From Chiloscyllium plagiosum (lineage: Eukaryota), in contig NC_057718.1 of assembly GCF_004010195.1 (NCBI RefSeq), positions 81,896,110 through 81,919,025 of the forward strand: a stretch of DNA of 22,916 bases. Direction: 5' to 3'. Every line of letters starts with the position of its first letter. Positions within the stretch are counted from its first letter, which is position 1. Of this stretch, positions 20,524 through 22,916 are shown piece by piece. The notes beneath the pieces are model-generated. The model ran no database searches, had not been told where the DNA came from, and worked only from the letters and a program-made list of their open reading frames with translations. Position numbers and translations under genes: made by a program.

Positions 20524-22075
20524 CAGGAGACTGGAAGAACACAGCAAGCCACGCAGCATCAGGAGGTGGAGAAATCAACATTTTGGATGTAACCCTTTTT
20601 CAGGACTGAGGGTGGGTGGAAGGGGAGCTGCAGATAAACAGAGTGGCAGGGGCAGGGTGATGAAGTGGGGATAGGTGAACAATGGGAGGAATGAATCCGA
20701 TTGGTGCTGGAAGGAAGGGCCGATGAGAGGAATGGAAGGGAGGGGGAGGGGCTGGGAAAGGGGTACTGCATCCCAGGCTGAATTGGACCAGTTCATCAAC
20801 TTTGCCGATAACTTCCACGCCACCCTCAAATTCACTTTGTTCATATTGGACACCTCCCTCCCCTTTCTTGACCTCTCCATTTCCAGTGACAGTTTCCAGA
20901 TGGACATTTATTCTAAATACTCACAACTACCTGGAGTACACCTTCTTCCACCCAGTATCCTGCATGAACTCCATCTCATTCTCCCAATTTCTCTGCCACT
21001 GCCACATCTACTCGGATGAGAAGACATTCCATTCCCTGCATCCCAAATGGCCACCTATTTTGAACAACGTGCTTTCCCCCCTCTGTCATATAGACAGCCT
21101 TCACACACCACCTCCATTCCCCATTCCATTGCTCTAACCCCCCCAACACAATAAAGATAGAGACCCCTTGTCCTCACTACCACCCCACCAGTCTCCACAT
21201 CCAACACATCATCCTTAAACACTTCTGCCAACTTCAACTAGATCCCACCATCAAGAACGTCGTCCCCTCCCCATCCCCTCTGTCTTTTGCAAGGACTGTT
21301 CCCTTTGAAAGTCCTTGGTTCATCCCACTCTCCCCACCAAACCCCACTCCCCAACCCCCAACCCTCAGGTACCTTCCCCTGCAACTGGAAAAGATCCAAA
21401 ACCTGCCATCACACCAAGCCCCCTCACTTCCATCCAGGTCCCCAGGTGAGTCAGAGATTCAGCTGTCTCTCCTCCAACCGAGTTTACTGCATCAGGTGCT
21501 CCCGATGTGGTCTTCTCTCCATCAGTGAGACCAAATGTAAAATAAGGGAATGTTTTGCCCACAGGGGCCGACCGGATCTCCCAATCACCACCCATTTTAA
21601 TTTTGCTTCCCACTCCCTTTCCGACATGACTATCCTTTGTCTCCTCCATTGCCACAACGAATCACACCTCAACATTGGAGGACCAACACCTCATATTCCG
21701 CTTGGGCAGCCTACAGCCCAAAGGACTCAACATTGAGTTGTCCAATTTCAAATAAGCTCCATTTCCTTCCCCAGCCCCTCCCCTTCCCCTCCATTCCTCT
21801 CAACAACCCTTCCTTCCAGCCACAAACTGGATTCATTCCTCCCATCGATCAACCAGGTTATACCCTCTACCTGTGTTCACCTATCCCCACCTTACCCCCT
21901 GCACCCCTCACCCTCTTTAGCTGCAGTTCCTCTTACGCCACCCCCAGTCCTGAAGAAGGGTTACACCCAAAACAATGAGTTCTCCACATCCCAATACTGC
22001 CTGGCTTACTGTGTTCATCCAGTCTCCTGCTTGTTTACCTTGGATTCCAGCTTCTGCCGTTATTTTTGTATCTAA
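20518..22075 (+). mobile_element. Penelope-like element (second family) with inverted 5' pseudo-LTR
   Basis: 20518-20762 is an inverted copy of 21770-22035; body has SQAELDQFINFADNFHATLKFT..LPFLDL, GTFPCNWKRSKTC, VYCIRCSRCGLLSISETK; flanked by TTCCAGGGAGAACAAG/TTCTAGGGAGAACAAG (20508-20523, 22082-22097). Confidence 0.92.
21946..21980 (+). ncRNA. Degenerate minimal hammerhead ribozyme motif (second Penelope family); inverted sister copy at 20573-20607
   Basis: AGTC-CTGAAGA-aGGGT-TAC-ACCC-AAAAC; stem II perfect, GAAA box and cleavage triplet mutated. Confidence 0.6.
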
Positions 22076-22097
22076 TCACACTTCTAGGGAGAACAAG

Positions 22098-22400
22098 AGA
22101 CAAACTACAATAGCACTCTTGAAATTCTCAATGCTGTGCAGCAGTATTGATATTAATGGCTAAGAATAACTTTCTTTCAGTCATTCAAAATGATGACAAC
22201 TTATCCATCAGGCTGCCTCATAATTTAATTCCATGCACCTTAACAATGATGGAAAATGGAGGCAAGGAGGGGGGAAATGGAAGGAAACTCTGCACTTTGG
22301 ATCCTATGGCCCCATGGGAAGTCCCACCTCATGGTGCCAAAACTCTGAATTGGAAATTAGCCGATTTACTTCCATAGTAACCCGTGGAAGAAACCTGTGA
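22098..22400 (+). mobile_element. RTE LINE segment 4 (ORF C-terminus)
   Basis: LKFSMLCSSIDING*E*LSFSHSK**QLIHQAAS*F resembles RTE LK.SL....I....WE..A..R..WR..I; stops fall at expected Trp/Arg codons; right end uncertain. Confidence 0.6.
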
Positions 22401-22449
22401 CAATTAAGCTGCTCCCTTTGTCATTGAACCGGAACTTGTTCTGAAGGAT

Positions 22450-22527
22450 TCCATCTAGTGGCAGATACTAGACAGTGCACTGGGATTCAGATATGCCTGC
22501 ACCAACTAACATCTGCTACTAGATGGA
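22450..22527. repeat. 78-bp inverted repeat made of two divergent CTCF-like motifs
   Basis: TCCATCTAGTGGCAGATACTAG (22450-22471) vs CTAACATCTGCTACTAGATGGA (22506-22527): 19/22 reverse-complement match. Confidence 0.75.
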
Positions 22528-22613
22528 GATTTGACAAAAAAATGTACAATACTTCTACTGCATTTTTAACAAAGTATTATACAGAGAACATTCTGTATTT
22601 TATTTCTTGCTTG

Positions 22614-22916
22614 TATACTTAAGAGGGAAATCAGGAGGGCAAAAAAGGGGACATGAGATAGCTTTGGCAAATAGAATTAAGGAGAATCCAAAGGGTGTTT
22701 ACAAATATATTAAGGACAAAAGGGTAACTAAGGAGAGAATAGAGCCTCTCAAAAATCAGCAAGGCTGCCTTTGTGTGGAGCCGCAGAAAATGGGGGAGAT
22801 ACTAAATGAGTATTTTGCACCAGTATTTACTGTGGAGAAGGATATGGAGGATATAGACTGTAGGGAAATAGATGGTGACATCTTGCAAAATGTCCAGATT
22901 ACAGAGGAGGAAGTGC
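22614..22916 (+). mobile_element. Relatively young 5'-truncated CR1 LINE ORF2, runs off window
   Basis: ILKREIRRAK / GHEIALANRIKENPKGVYKYIKDKRVTKERIEPLKNQQGCLCVEPQKMGEILNEYFAPVFTVEKD; one frameshift in an A run. Confidence 0.92.

Overview
Eukaryotic, non-genic DNA, most likely from a shark (HE1-type tRNA-SINEs with (GATTA)n tails, shark-type CR1 LINEs and Penelope-like elements; the bamboo-shark attribution is inference from repeat recognition only). About three quarters of the window is decayed, deeply nested transposable elements: CR1 and CR1/L2-group LINE fragments, one RTE LINE split into four pieces, a Gypsy LTR retrotransposon with gag-PR-RT-RNaseH-IN remnants and both LTRs, two solo-LTR-like elements, a PIF/Harbinger transposase pseudogene, four Penelope-like (GIY-YIG) insertions carrying five degenerate minimal hammerhead-ribozyme motifs, and three HE1 SINEs. 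No intact host protein-coding gene is supported; nearly all ORFs in the track are TE fragments or antisense noise. The most unusual structures are a 191-bp near-perfect fold-back built around three copies of the palindrome ACTGTATACAGT (11089-11291), a Penelope copy with an inverted 5' pseudo-LTR and long TSD, and two unexplained hairpins in unique DNA (3124-3236 and 22450-22527, the latter made of two divergent CTCF-like motifs). I do not see convincing evidence of a wholly new biological system. Family names come from recalled consensus/motif similarity, not from a database search.
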